The notes below the pieces were generated by a model that saw only the letters and a list, made by a program, of their open reading frames with translations, searched no databases and was not told the origin of the DNA. Below are positions 35,953 through 48,063 of a stretch of 64,000 bases of DNA, one piece after another. Source of the stretch: Minisyncoccia bacterium (GTDB lineage Bacteria; Patescibacteriota; Minisyncoccia; Phycocordibacterales; UBA6065); assembly GCA_044233485.1 (NCBI GenBank), contig JBIIJY010000004.1, forward strand, positions 16,022-80,021. Direction: 5' to 3'. Within the stretch, counting starts at the first letter, position 1. Every line of letters starts with the position of its first letter. The position numbers were made by a program, and so were the translations under genes.

Positions 35953-36873
35953 ATGCAGTGGTTTTTCGTAGCATTAATAGCCCCGTTTCTCTGGAGTATT
36001 GTTAATCACGCTGATAAGTATCTGCTCTCAAAGTATTTTAAAAGAGGAGGGGTGGGTGCTCTCATGCTCTTCTCGACATTGTTCGGCTTAGTAGTACTAC
36101 CAATAGCCTTCTTCATGGCTAGTGATGTACTACTTCTCGATCCAAAGAGTATTACACTTTTGATAGTAGCCAGTATCGCGAACGCCCTTGCTATCACTCT
36201 CTATCTGCGGGCATTACAAGAAGAAGAGACTTCTGTGGTGGTACCAATATTCCAACTCGTTCCTTTTTTTTCATACATTCTCAGCTACTTTATTCTTGGT
36301 GAAAAATTAGAGCTCGTTCAAATGCTTGGAGGTATTTTAATTTTGTTTGGAGCGATCGCTATTACGATTGATTTCAAATACTTGGCGTCACGAAACTTTA
36401 AATTGAAATTAAGATTACTTGTCTCGATGATGGCCTCAAGCGCCCTCTTTGCACTGTATGTGGTCTTGTTTAAATCCGTGGCGGTAGAGGAGGGGTACTG
36501 GCTCTCTACTTTTTGGGAGTATGTCGGCCTAGTTATAGTCGGTGTCTTCATCTGGATTTTCAACCAAAAGGCGAGGGGTGAGTTTATCGCCACACTCAAA
36601 TCAAACAGTGCTCCAATTATTGGTGTGAACGTGGGGAGTGAAATTTTGACTATCGCCGGTAATATGATCACTAATTTTGCGGCTCTCGCGATCCCGGTGA
36701 CGATGGTACTCCTCGCCAGTGCCTATCAGCCAGTATTTGTTCTTATTCAGGGCGTGCTCCTTACGCTGCTCTTTCCGAAGATTGCAGAAGAGGATATTTC
36801 AAAAACGGCTCTGACAATAAAAATCACCGCAATTGTTATCGTTGTCATTGGTAGCTATATATTGCTTCAATGA
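35953..36873 (+). CDS. EamA-like transporter (drug/metabolite transporter superfamily), 10 TM
   Basis: Two EamA-type repeats are present, with the motif ILGEKL..GGILILFGAIAI. Confidence 0.75.
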   Translation: MQWFFVALIAPFLWSIVNHADKYLLSKYFKRGGVGALMLFSTLFGLVVLPIAFFMASDVLLLDPKSITLLIVASIANALAITLYLRALQEEETSVVVPIFQLVPFFSYILSYFILGEKLELVQMLGGILILFGAIAITIDFKYLASRNFKLKLRLLVSMMASSALFALYVVLFKSVAVEEGYWLSTFWEYVGLVIVGVFIWIFNQKARGEFIATLKSNSAPIIGVNVGSEILTIAGNMITNFAALAIPVTMVLLASAYQPVFVLIQGVLLTLLFPKIAEEDISKTALTIKITAIVIVVIGSYILLQ

Positions 36874-37253
36874 GTGATAAAACTGCGACAACAAGTAGAG
36901 GTACGGCGCCAACAGTAATTTTTATAATCTGTATCACCGGTGCTATCTTCTTTAAGATTTGGGTGTATCTATTCTCTGCCAATTTTCAACTTACCGGAGA
37001 ATTACCTTGTAGAAATGGAGAGTTGTGTTTTATAAAAGATTGTTCTACTGAGGTGTGTCTTAGGGCAGAAGATGACGGCATGTTCTACTATAAGAAATTT
37101 ACAGCGCAGGCTCGTAGTGTCTCTGAGCAGTGTACAAATGCAGATGGGTTTCTTGGTGAGTCATGCGTAGAAACTTTTTGTGCTACAAATCCGAAATCAT
37201 GTCAGGTAGAATACTGTTCGGGTGAGCAGTGCCGCTTAAATCTGAATGAATAG
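36870..37253 (+). CDS. Small membrane-anchored cysteine-rich protein (127 aa, ~11 Cys)
   Basis: It has an N-terminal TM helix. The Cys-rich ectodomain reads PCRNGELCFIKDCSTEVC...CTNADGFLGESCVETFCATNPKSCQVEYCSGEQC. It overlaps the stop of the EamA gene by 4 nt. Confidence 0.5.
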   Translation: MSDKTATTSRGTAPTVIFIICITGAIFFKIWVYLFSANFQLTGELPCRNGELCFIKDCSTEVCLRAEDDGMFYYKKFTAQARSVSEQCTNADGFLGESCVETFCATNPKSCQVEYCSGEQCRLNLNE

Positions 37254-38028
37254 TATGCGTGGCACCAGTGAAATTTACACCGAACTTGAAGTAGCACTCA
37301 GTGAGCTTGAAAGAAGGCAAAAGTCCTTTGAGTTTCCAGAGATGGAAAAGGATCTCTTGGTATCATTTCCTAGAAGTGAAAAACTCAGATTGAGTTATAT
37401 TCGTAATATCCACACCCCAAATCACGAGTTCAATCGTGTTCTGGCAATTAAAGATCGAGTTAAGAATTTCGCCGAAGTTCAATTTCTTGAGTTTACTAAA
37501 GATAAATTGGTGGCTCGAAATGCAATCAAATATCATCTGGCGAGACTACAGAATGCAAAACCACCAATAAGTACTAGTCGCGGCGATGTGTTCGACGCAA
37601 AAATGCTAGTAGATATGAATAAGTATGAAGGGAAATACTTTTCTGAGATTCAGACAAAGAAGGGGTTGCCGCTAGTCGACTTTCACCATGAACTTTTGAA
37701 AGCGTATACGGCTCCACACTCGATTCAATTTTTCGATATCTCAGATTGGTTTATAACTAATAAAGGAGTAGACGATTCGAATTATTACTACAATTTTTTA
37801 CTTAACTTCGTCAGAGACGGTATTTGGCTTGAGAATTTTGACTTCACAAGCAAGTACGAGCATGATTTTTTTCACTTGAAGATATTGCCTAGTTTTAAAA
37901 AAATAGAAGAAAAGTTTGGACTCAGGCCGCTCATTGTCCGAATCTTACCAGTAGAGTCGGAAGACAATCCTCAGTGGAGTCATTATGGTCCTAAAGCATG
38001 GACTATAATTAAGTCACTACTTGCATGA
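37246..38028 (+). CDS. Hypothetical protein (260 aa), low GC
   Basis: The ORF overlaps the start of the histidine kinase gene by 4 nt (atga). No family was recognised. Confidence 0.5.
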   Translation: MNSMRGTSEIYTELEVALSELERRQKSFEFPEMEKDLLVSFPRSEKLRLSYIRNIHTPNHEFNRVLAIKDRVKNFAEVQFLEFTKDKLVARNAIKYHLARLQNAKPPISTSRGDVFDAKMLVDMNKYEGKYFSEIQTKKGLPLVDFHHELLKAYTAPHSIQFFDISDWFITNKGVDDSNYYYNFLLNFVRDGIWLENFDFTSKYEHDFFHLKILPSFKKIEEKFGLRPLIVRILPVESEDNPQWSHYGPKAWTIIKSLLA

Positions 38029-39695
38029 TTGATGCCAACTTTTTTTCATACGTCTCACAGTGTCGAGATTTTGTTTCAAACATCGGACCTTTTCTCTATT
38101 ACTCTCATATGGTTCCGATCATTGCCAGTCTAGGCCTCTCATTTTATTCGTACTTCAAAATTAAGGAACATTATTTTTCAAGACTGTTGGCCGGCCTCGC
38201 TCTTCTTCTTGCAGTCTGGAGTATTGCAGATTTAGTGATCTGGTTGAACGTTGATCGAGGTGGGTTGATTATGCTCGCGTGGTCGTTGGTAAATATTGCG
38301 AGTGTTGGGTTCTTCGTTCTCGGGCTATTCTTGGTGGTAAGTCTTGTCACAAAAAAACCACCCACGGTTTTCTTGAAGACTTGTGGTGGTGTGGTGGTGG
38401 CTTTTATTACAATTCTCTCATCACTAAAGGGTGGCGGTATAGAGTCTTACGACCTAGTGAATTGCATTGCAACAGAATCTGAACTCTACTCCGCGATTCT
38501 TTTAATCATCCAAGTAATTTTGACTTTGGTGATACTCGGCTACACCGGTCTGAAAATCCCTCAGATTAGACAAATTAAAGAACGCCGTCATCTTATTGGA
38601 GTAGTATTTTCACTCTGTCTTTTCTATATTACATTCTTCTTTACGAGTTATATCTCTACAATTACGGATAACTTTTTCTACGAGCAATTTGGGATTTTGA
38701 TGATGGCGGTGATGGTGGGCATTGTCGTTTTCTTGATGTCTGAGTATCAGCTCTTTCAAGTACGGCTACTTACGATACACGGCATTACAGTTGCCCTCAT
38801 CCTCGTGACTGCTTCACAGTTTATTTATGCCGACACAGCAATAGAGCGCACCTTGATCACCATCAGTACACTGTTCGTGATTCTGATCTCTGTAGCACTG
38901 ACAAAATCGACGAGTATTTTGATTGACGTTAAGCAAAAATTGGCTGACTCGAATGAAAACCTGGAACACGCTAATGCTCGTCTGAAAGAACTCGATGCAC
39001 TCAAATCTGAGTTCGTCTCACTCGCTTCGCACCAGATGCGTGGACCACTCGGCGCGATTAAGGGATATGTCTCACTCATCAGTGAAGGGGAGCTAGGACA
39101 GGCTTCAGAGCAGGTGCGAGACGCTGCGGATAAAGTCGGTCAAGCGACCAATTCGCTCATGATTATGGTCGAAGATTTTTTGAATGTCTCACGAATCGAA
39201 CAAGGGCGAATGAAGTATGTGTTTAAGAAGATTGATCTCGTTTCATTTGTCGAAGAAGCGGTGCTTGAAATGAAACCAAGTATTGAAGCAAAAAACCTCT
39301 CTTTGAATTTCCAGCTTGGAGAGCCTGGTGTTTTTGTAGAAGCGGATGAGGCGCACTTGAAACAAGTGGTCGTCAATCTTATCGACAATGCAGTTAAATA
39401 TACTAAGGAGGGTGGTATTACAATTACGATCACGAAGCACTTTGCAGAAAGAAAAGTCCATGTCCGTTTTGCAGATACAGGAGTGGGAATTTCGCCTGAT
39501 ATGAAAGAGCGACTCTTCGAAAAATTCTCCCGAGCAAAAGACGCCGCACAGGTGAATGCTGGAGGTACCGGTCTCGGACTCTATGTTGCAAAAGAGATGA
39601 TGCGAGCGCATCGCGGCAATATCTGGGCTGAGTCTTTGGGTAAAGAAAAGGGTACGACCTTCGTGGTTGAGCTTCCACTCAGTGAGGAAAAATAA
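38025..39695 (+). CDS. Sensor histidine kinase (8-TM sensor domain + HisKA + HATPase_c); no cognate response regulator nearby
   Basis: H-box SHQMRGPL, N-box NLIDNAVKYT, G1 DTGVGI and G2 GGTGLGL are present. The N-terminal half is polytopic membrane. Confidence 0.88.
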   Translation: MIDANFFSYVSQCRDFVSNIGPFLYYSHMVPIIASLGLSFYSYFKIKEHYFSRLLAGLALLLAVWSIADLVIWLNVDRGGLIMLAWSLVNIASVGFFVLGLFLVVSLVTKKPPTVFLKTCGGVVVAFITILSSLKGGGIESYDLVNCIATESELYSAILLIIQVILTLVILGYTGLKIPQIRQIKERRHLIGVVFSLCLFYITFFFTSYISTITDNFFYEQFGILMMAVMVGIVVFLMSEYQLFQVRLLTIHGITVALILVTASQFIYADTAIERTLITISTLFVILISVALTKSTSILIDVKQKLADSNENLEHANARLKELDALKSEFVSLASHQMRGPLGAIKGYVSLISEGELGQASEQVRDAADKVGQATNSLMIMVEDFLNVSRIEQGRMKYVFKKIDLVSFVEEAVLEMKPSIEAKNLSLNFQLGEPGVFVEADEAHLKQVVVNLIDNAVKYTKEGGITITITKHFAERKVHVRFADTGVGISPDMKERLFEKFSRAKDAAQVNAGGTGLGLYVAKEMMRAHRGNIWAESLGKEKGTTFVVELPLSEEK

Positions 39696-39780
39696 GGCTC
39701 AATTGTCCCATGAATATAGGGTCTACGAGTGGGTAATTCAGAAGCGTTTGAACCCCTAATCAGTTATCCTCGTAGAGTGC

Positions 39781-39808
39781 TTGACTTTTGTTTCCAGATG
39801 CGTATACT
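39781..39808 (+). promoter_or_regulatory. Strong sigma70-like promoter (TTGACT-N16-TATACT) about 330 nt upstream of 23S rRNA
   Basis: Read directly. It is the best consensus match seen in the window. Confidence 0.5.
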
Positions 39809-39897
39809 AGTCCCTATCGTTTGATGTTAATAAAAACTAAGTCTAAAACTCACGGAATGGGGAATAGGATGTAGTAATACATTTTCTATAACTTGTT

Positions 39898-39921
39898 CCG
39901 TGCGAAAGCACGGATTTTTTA
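39898..39921 (+). terminator. Hairpin + T-tract (ccgtgc-gaaa-gcacgg-atttttt) between the promoter and 23S
   Basis: Read directly. Together with the promoter it would delimit a ~110-nt transcript. Alternatively it is a leader element or antitermination target. Confidence 0.4.
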
Positions 39922-40133
39922 TTAAAGGGATCAAACGAGAGCTTTGAAAGCGAAATCCCGGCACCACAAACTTCGTATCAACTGTTTATGGGAGACCGTT
40001 AGACTCGCGTGAGTAACGCGAGAGACTATAAACTCAATTGTATAAATTGAGAGCAAGGTAATGCACGTGTTTGTCACACGTGCATACAATAATGTATTTT
40101 CTTGATTGTGGTATGTAAAATTCCTAATAAGAA

Positions 40134-43085
<2,952 letters not shown>

Positions 43086-43199
43086 TCTTATTAGGAACTT
43101 TGCATATTACTTCCTAATCAAGAAATACATTTTGTCATTGACAAATGTGCCTATGCTTCAATATATGCTTCGTTGATACACAAAGTGTCAAACACTTTG

Positions 43200-43308
43200 T
43201 TCTGGTGGCTCGACGCGGTGGATACACCTCTCCCCATTCCGAACAGAGAAGTTAAGCGCCGTAGTGCCGATGATAGTCCTTCGGGGCGAAAGTAGGTAGT
43301 CGCCAGTA
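43200..43308 (+). rRNA. rrf: 5S ribosomal RNA
   Basis: ccccattccgaacagagaagttaagcgccgtagtgccgatgatagt is a 5S core match. Helix I closes between ctggtggc and gtcgccag. Confidence 0.9.
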
Positions 43309-43333
43309 CAAAGTGTTTGAATTTCTTTTCCAC

Positions 43334-43362
43334 AAAGACCATCCATGTGATGGTCTTTTTGG
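43334..43362 (+). terminator. Rho-independent terminator after 5S rRNA
   Basis: An aaagaccatc-catgt-gatggtcttt hairpin followed by TTGG. Confidence 0.7.
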
Positions 43363-43387
43363 TATACTATAAGAATAATCAAAACAT

Positions 43388-43612
43388 ATGGAACCTACAC
43401 AAAATCATACATTCGCAGAAGTTGTTAAGCATGTTGCAGTTGTCGTCTTTATCGTTGCCGTCGTTATTCTTGTTTTCGTTGCATTGCTTGGTGTTTGGGA
43501 AGTGATCGGAACTGACTCTGTGGTCAAGGCCTTTAGTTCTGGTCTTATCGTCCTCTTCGGTACGGTTTCAGTAGTGATCGCCGCACGTATCGCTGAATCT
43601 CGAGCAAAATAA
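43388..43612 (+). CDS. Small two-TM membrane protein (74 aa)
   Basis: It is a hydrophobic ORF flanked by terminators on both sides. Confidence 0.45.
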   Translation: MEPTQNHTFAEVVKHVAVVVFIVAVVILVFVALLGVWEVIGTDSVVKAFSSGLIVLFGTVSVVIAARIAESRAK

Positions 43613-43617
43613 TAAGT

Positions 43618-43643
43618 GCAGACGCCCTGAGGCGTCTGCTTTG
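43618..43643 (+). terminator. Rho-independent terminator
   Basis: A gcagacgcc-ctga-ggcgtctgc hairpin followed by TTTG. Confidence 0.6.
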
Positions 43644-43645
43644 CG

Positions 43646-44407
43646 ATGTCTGATTGGTCAACTAATCACAAGATAAAATATTTTCTCTATGGTCTGTCCA
43701 TAGTTTTTGTGGTTTTTCTCTATCCGACATTGACTATTCTCTTTCCGAAGCCGACCTGCACCGATGGGAAAAAGAACCAAGATGAAGAGCAGGTTGATTG
43801 TGGAGGGGTTTGTATAAACCTCTGTCAGAATCTCTATGAACAACCTCGTATCCTCTGGTCACGTTTTATGGAAGTACAGCCAGATATTTATAATCTGGTG
43901 GCGTACATCCGTAATCAAAACGATACTGCCGAAGGGTATAATGCTCCGTACTCGTTCAAGTTATATGATGAGTTTGGTAATGTGGTCGCCTCACGAAGTG
44001 GTACTACCTATATTCCAGCGGGAAAGAATTATGCAATCTTCGAGGGGGGAGTTGTCGTTCCTGAGGAAGACCGGCCAGTGAGAATGGTTTTTGAGTTTAC
44101 CGAGCCGGTCTACTTTGTCTCGCCTCAGTACTCACAGCCGGAGTTGTCTTGGAAAGTTGAGCGAGGTGAGGTGCGTGGCGGACCGCTGTTGACCGTGACA
44201 TTCAAGAACTCAACCATTAACGCTGTTGAGGATATTGCCGCTTTCGCTTTTCTCTATGACGCCGAAGACAATGTGGTGGCTTTTTCACGGACAATCATTG
44301 ACCGTATCGAAGCGCAGGGTGAGTATCAAGCTACGTACACGTGGCTCAAGCCTTTTGCGACCAGTACACCACGCGTTGAGATTGTTCCGATCCGCATACC
44401 GCGCTAG
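43646..44407 (+). CDS. Membrane-anchored extracytoplasmic protein (253 aa) with a Cys cluster near the TM; directly upstream of FtsW/RodA
   Basis: It has an N-terminal TM, then CTDGKKNQDEEQVDCGGVCINLC, then a beta-rich region. No family was recognised. Confidence 0.5.
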   Translation: MSDWSTNHKIKYFLYGLSIVFVVFLYPTLTILFPKPTCTDGKKNQDEEQVDCGGVCINLCQNLYEQPRILWSRFMEVQPDIYNLVAYIRNQNDTAEGYNAPYSFKLYDEFGNVVASRSGTTYIPAGKNYAIFEGGVVVPEEDRPVRMVFEFTEPVYFVSPQYSQPELSWKVERGEVRGGPLLTVTFKNSTINAVEDIAAFAFLYDAEDNVVAFSRTIIDRIEAQGEYQATYTWLKPFATSTPRVEIVPIRIPR

Positions 44408-44416
44408 ACTGATTCG

Positions 44417-45556
44417 GTGAAGTTTCTCAAAGAAATCGTTCAAGGAATCGATTGGTGGTTGCTTGGCCCAGCACTTTTAATTAGTGCGTTTGGTTTAATT
44501 ACCATGAAGTCTTTTAGCGGTGCTCTCGATGTGTATTTCAATCGTCAGCTCATCTGGCTCGTTATCTCGGTACTATTTTTCATTATCGTCTCTCGATTCG
44601 ACATAACGTCGATTCGTCGGACAAATAGTATTTTCCTTTTGTATGGAATTGTCGCCCTAACTCTCGGTGGGGTGCTCATCTTTGGCGATACGCTCAAGGG
44701 TGCTCGGAGTTGGTTTGACCTTGGCTTGTTTTCTTTTCAGCCGGTGGAATTGGCAAAACTGACACTGATACTGTTACTGGCAAAATTTTTCGCTAAACGT
44801 CACGTGGAGATCGCACGAATTCGTCACTTAATTGTCTCTGGTCTCTATGTCGGGCTGTATGTCGGACTGACACTGCTTCAGCCAGACTTTGGTTCGGCTA
44901 TGGTTCTTGTCTCAATCTGGTTTGGCCTTGTCCTTGTTTCCGGTATTTCAAAAAAGCATCTCGCAATACTTTTCTGTACAGGGATTCTTGTTTTCTCTGG
45001 CGCGTGGGTCGGAGTATTTAAGGAGTATCAGAAACAGCGAATCTTAACCTTTATTAATCCGACTCGTGATATCCGAGGGTCAGGCTATAATGCCTATCAG
45101 TCAATGATCGCTGTCGGTTCTGGGCAATTATTTGGAAAAGGTGTTGGCTATGGTACACAGTCACGTCTGCGTTTTCTCCCAGAATATCAAACCGACTTCA
45201 TCTTTGCAGCCTATGCTGAAGAATGGGGATTCATCGGAGTGCTGACTCTCTTGGCAAGTTTTGCCCTACTGCTTCTGCGTGCCGTACAGACCGCATCTCA
45301 AGCGTCGAGTAACTTTGAATCATTTCTGTGTATAGGCATCTGGGCGACATTTTTTGTGCATATCATGGTGAATATCGGAATGAATATTGGACTACTTCCT
45401 GTCACGGGAATCACTGTACCGTTCTTGAGTTATGGTGGTACAAGTTTGCTCGTCTCTTATTTTTCACTAGCGATTATCTCTGGAATTTCATTTCGGGCGC
45501 GTAAAAATCGGCGCATTCCACGAGAAGTTCCACTCGATGCGGTCTATTCTAGATAA
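44417..45556 (+). CDS. SEDS-family peptidoglycan glycosyltransferase (FtsW/RodA)
   Basis: It has a 10-TM topology and SEDS motifs (PVELAKL, FIFAAYAEEWGFIG, LPVTGITVPFLSYGGTS). Confidence 0.88.
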   Translation: MKFLKEIVQGIDWWLLGPALLISAFGLITMKSFSGALDVYFNRQLIWLVISVLFFIIVSRFDITSIRRTNSIFLLYGIVALTLGGVLIFGDTLKGARSWFDLGLFSFQPVELAKLTLILLLAKFFAKRHVEIARIRHLIVSGLYVGLYVGLTLLQPDFGSAMVLVSIWFGLVLVSGISKKHLAILFCTGILVFSGAWVGVFKEYQKQRILTFINPTRDIRGSGYNAYQSMIAVGSGQLFGKGVGYGTQSRLRFLPEYQTDFIFAAYAEEWGFIGVLTLLASFALLLLRAVQTASQASSNFESFLCIGIWATFFVHIMVNIGMNIGLLPVTGITVPFLSYGGTSLLVSYFSLAIISGISFRARKNRRIPREVPLDAVYSR

Positions 45557-46656
45557 AGGCCGAGAGTACGTTCCGCCATCTGCTCTATTCCAAAGTGATC
45601 TCGAACTGTCTTTTCGAGGACTTGTGAGTGCGTCGCTCGTAGTTCGGGTGAGGTGATATATCGCTCGAGTTGATTCTTGAATTCTACTGATGATCCAGAA
45701 GCTGCCAGTAGGCCTGATACGCCATCCTCGATAATCTCAGGGATTCCGCCAACACGTGATGCAACTACAGGGAGTCCGGCAATCCCAGCTTCAAGAACCG
45801 TATAGCTCAAGGCTTCGGTACGAGAAGAGAGTACAAAAATATCAAAGGCCTTGAGAAGGCGAGCTGGTGAAGAGACAAAACCGGCAAATACGACACGGTC
45901 TGCAATCTGTAAGCGGGCTGCCTGGGTTTTAAGTCGGTCTCGCTCTTCGCCGTCGCCAATGAGTGTGAGACGGGTTGAGGTAGGTAGCTGTGCAAACGCT
46001 TCAAGGAGGGTTGCGTGGTCTTTATTCGGATGAAGTTCAGCGACTGAAACGAGCTCGGTGTAAGCACCGAAGGTGATTCCTAGTAGCTTGGTGATTTCGC
46101 GTTGTGCCTCGGCCTGAGAGAGTGCAACCGCATCTACGCCGTTGGCAATTGTACTGATCTTGCCCGCAATGCAAGGGAGGGATTCAATACCTTTTCGCAC
46201 ATTGTTTGACACTGCAATGGTACGGTGAGACAAAACTACCGTCAGCCAGGCCAGGAGGCGAATCAACATTTTTTGATATTCTGGCCGCGCTTCATTGAAA
46301 GCCCAACCATGACTTGTAAATACTATTTTCTTTACACCGCATACTCGACCAAGTAGTGCTCCAAGTCCACCAATTTTTGAAGAGTTAACGTGCAAGACAT
46401 CAGGACGCTCCTTTTGAATGAGGAGAAAAAGTTCTCTCACAAGCCGAAATTCGCGCAGGAGAGAGATGTCTCGCTGTGAGCTTGCCAGAGTCTCTGTTCT
46501 GATACCAGCATCCTGAAGTTTTTTACGTAGGATTCCCTCTGGTCCACAAGCGACGACGGTCTCGATTCCACGTCGTTGTGCATGAGTAGCGATATCAAAA
46601 ACATAGCGCTGAGCGCCTCCGAAGTTTCCTTTTGTGATAAGTATGAGGACTTTCAT
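45544..46656 (-). CDS. Glycosyltransferase family 4 (GT-B, group 1)
   Basis: The C-terminal half has the GT1 motifs (VVASRVGGIPEII.DG.SG). Confidence 0.8.
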   Translation of the reverse strand: MKVLILITKGNFGGAQRYVFDIATHAQRRGIETVVACGPEGILRKKLQDAGIRTETLASSQRDISLLREFRLVRELFLLIQKERPDVLHVNSSKIGGLGALLGRVCGVKKIVFTSHGWAFNEARPEYQKMLIRLLAWLTVVLSHRTIAVSNNVRKGIESLPCIAGKISTIANGVDAVALSQAEAQREITKLLGITFGAYTELVSVAELHPNKDHATLLEAFAQLPTSTRLTLIGDGEERDRLKTQAARLQIADRVVFAGFVSSPARLLKAFDIFVLSSRTEALSYTVLEAGIAGLPVVASRVGGIPEIIEDGVSGLLAASGSSVEFKNQLERYITSPELRATHSQVLEKTVRDHFGIEQMAERTLGLYLE

Positions 46657-46715
46657 GGAGAAGACTAAATTTTTCTAACCTTGTAAATAGCCGTATTTCT
46701 AGTAGTATAGCATAT

Positions 46716-48050
46716 ATGCAGATCAGAAAGATGTTTACTCACTACGGTTTCATTATTGCAGTAGGCGACCTCTTCTTCTTGGCGGTTTCTCTCGTTGCTA
46801 CGATACTCATTCGATATCAGTTTGCTGTCACCGGAGAAATAATTACCCTTCACGTCGAACCGTTTCTCTACATTTTTGCACTCTGGATTTTCTGCGCATT
46901 CGTTATTGGTCTCTATGATCGTAGTCTCGGTTCGCATAGTGCAATCATTTGGCGTCTCTCGAGAAGCCATCTCTGGACTGGTGCAATCGCGGTGGCAATG
47001 TTCTATTTTGTGCCATTCTTTAGTATTGCTCCGAAGACAAACTTATTCATCTTTCTTGGATTGTCTCTCATCCTACTCTCACTCTGGAGAACTGTTGTGA
47101 CAAATAGTATTTTACCAAAGCGGAGGGTTTGTGTTATTGGCGAAGGGGCAGATGTGCATGAGCTCGTGAATGAAATCAAAAATGAACCTGGGCATCGCAT
47201 GATCGTCTCTCGTTTTGTAGACTTGGCTACCGTCTCGGCAGAGTCACTTGCGGGAACTGTGCACGCGCTCCGGCAAGAGTCTTTTGACGCCCTGATCATC
47301 GACAGTACGCACCCAAAAGTGACCGCCGACCCACATGTATTCTTTGACGGGTTACTCGCCGGCGTCTCATATTTTGATTTGCGTGACTTTTACGAAATTA
47401 TCTTCCGACGTGTCCCTCTTTCGCTTGTAAATGAGCGATGGTTTATTGAGCATATGAATGCACACACTCAGACTGGATATGCAGTAATCAAACGAGCAAT
47501 AGATATTGTTTGTTCACTGTGTATTGCACCTGTTTATTTTCTACTACTACCATTTGTCTGGTGTGCGGTCTACCTGGAAGACCGTGGCCCGCTATTTGTA
47601 AAGCAGGAGCGTATCGGAAAGTACGGAAAACAGATTTGGATTAAAAAGATTCGCACCATGCGTGGGAGTGACGCAGGGAAGTGGGTGGAAAAAGGCGATA
47701 TGCGGGTTACTCGAGTTGGTCGGCTCCTACGAAAGACTCGTATCGACGAACTCCCACAGATTTTTTCAGTTCTCACTGGTGATATCTCGCTTATTGGTCC
47801 ACGTCCTGATATTAGTGGCTTGGGGAAGGAGTTGCAGAGCAAATTACCGTACTATTCAGTACGTACTTTAGTCAGTCCTGGTCTTTCAGGTTGGGCTCAA
47901 GTCTCACAAGACTATGCTCCACAAAGTCTTGAGGAAACACGGCTTCGACTTGCTTATGATTTCTACTATATAAAAAATCGATCGATTGCCCTGGAGTGTT
48001 CGATTATTCTCAAGACAATTCGTACCCTCTTGTCGCGAGTTGGGGTATAG
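46716..48050 (+). CDS. Polyprenyl-phosphate glycosyl-1-phosphate transferase (bacterial sugar transferase, WbaP/PglC-like) with N-terminal TM segments
   Basis: The Bac_transf domain is present (KRAIDIVCSL..LEDRGPLFVKQERIGKYGKQIWIKKIRTM...DELPQIFSVLTGDISLIGPRP). Confidence 0.85.
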   Translation: MQIRKMFTHYGFIIAVGDLFFLAVSLVATILIRYQFAVTGEIITLHVEPFLYIFALWIFCAFVIGLYDRSLGSHSAIIWRLSRSHLWTGAIAVAMFYFVPFFSIAPKTNLFIFLGLSLILLSLWRTVVTNSILPKRRVCVIGEGADVHELVNEIKNEPGHRMIVSRFVDLATVSAESLAGTVHALRQESFDALIIDSTHPKVTADPHVFFDGLLAGVSYFDLRDFYEIIFRRVPLSLVNERWFIEHMNAHTQTGYAVIKRAIDIVCSLCIAPVYFLLLPFVWCAVYLEDRGPLFVKQERIGKYGKQIWIKKIRTMRGSDAGKWVEKGDMRVTRVGRLLRKTRIDELPQIFSVLTGDISLIGPRPDISGLGKELQSKLPYYSVRTLVSPGLSGWAQVSQDYAPQSLEETRLRLAYDFYYIKNRSIALECSIILKTIRTLLSRVGV

Positions 48051-48063
48051 TAATACATATATC

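Noticed and set aside
43170-43330. Inverted repeats flanking the 5S rRNA (acaaagtgtcaaacactttgt upstream, acaaagtgtttg downstream)
   Set aside because: They are explained as the 5S precursor processing stem rather than a mobile element or independent feature.
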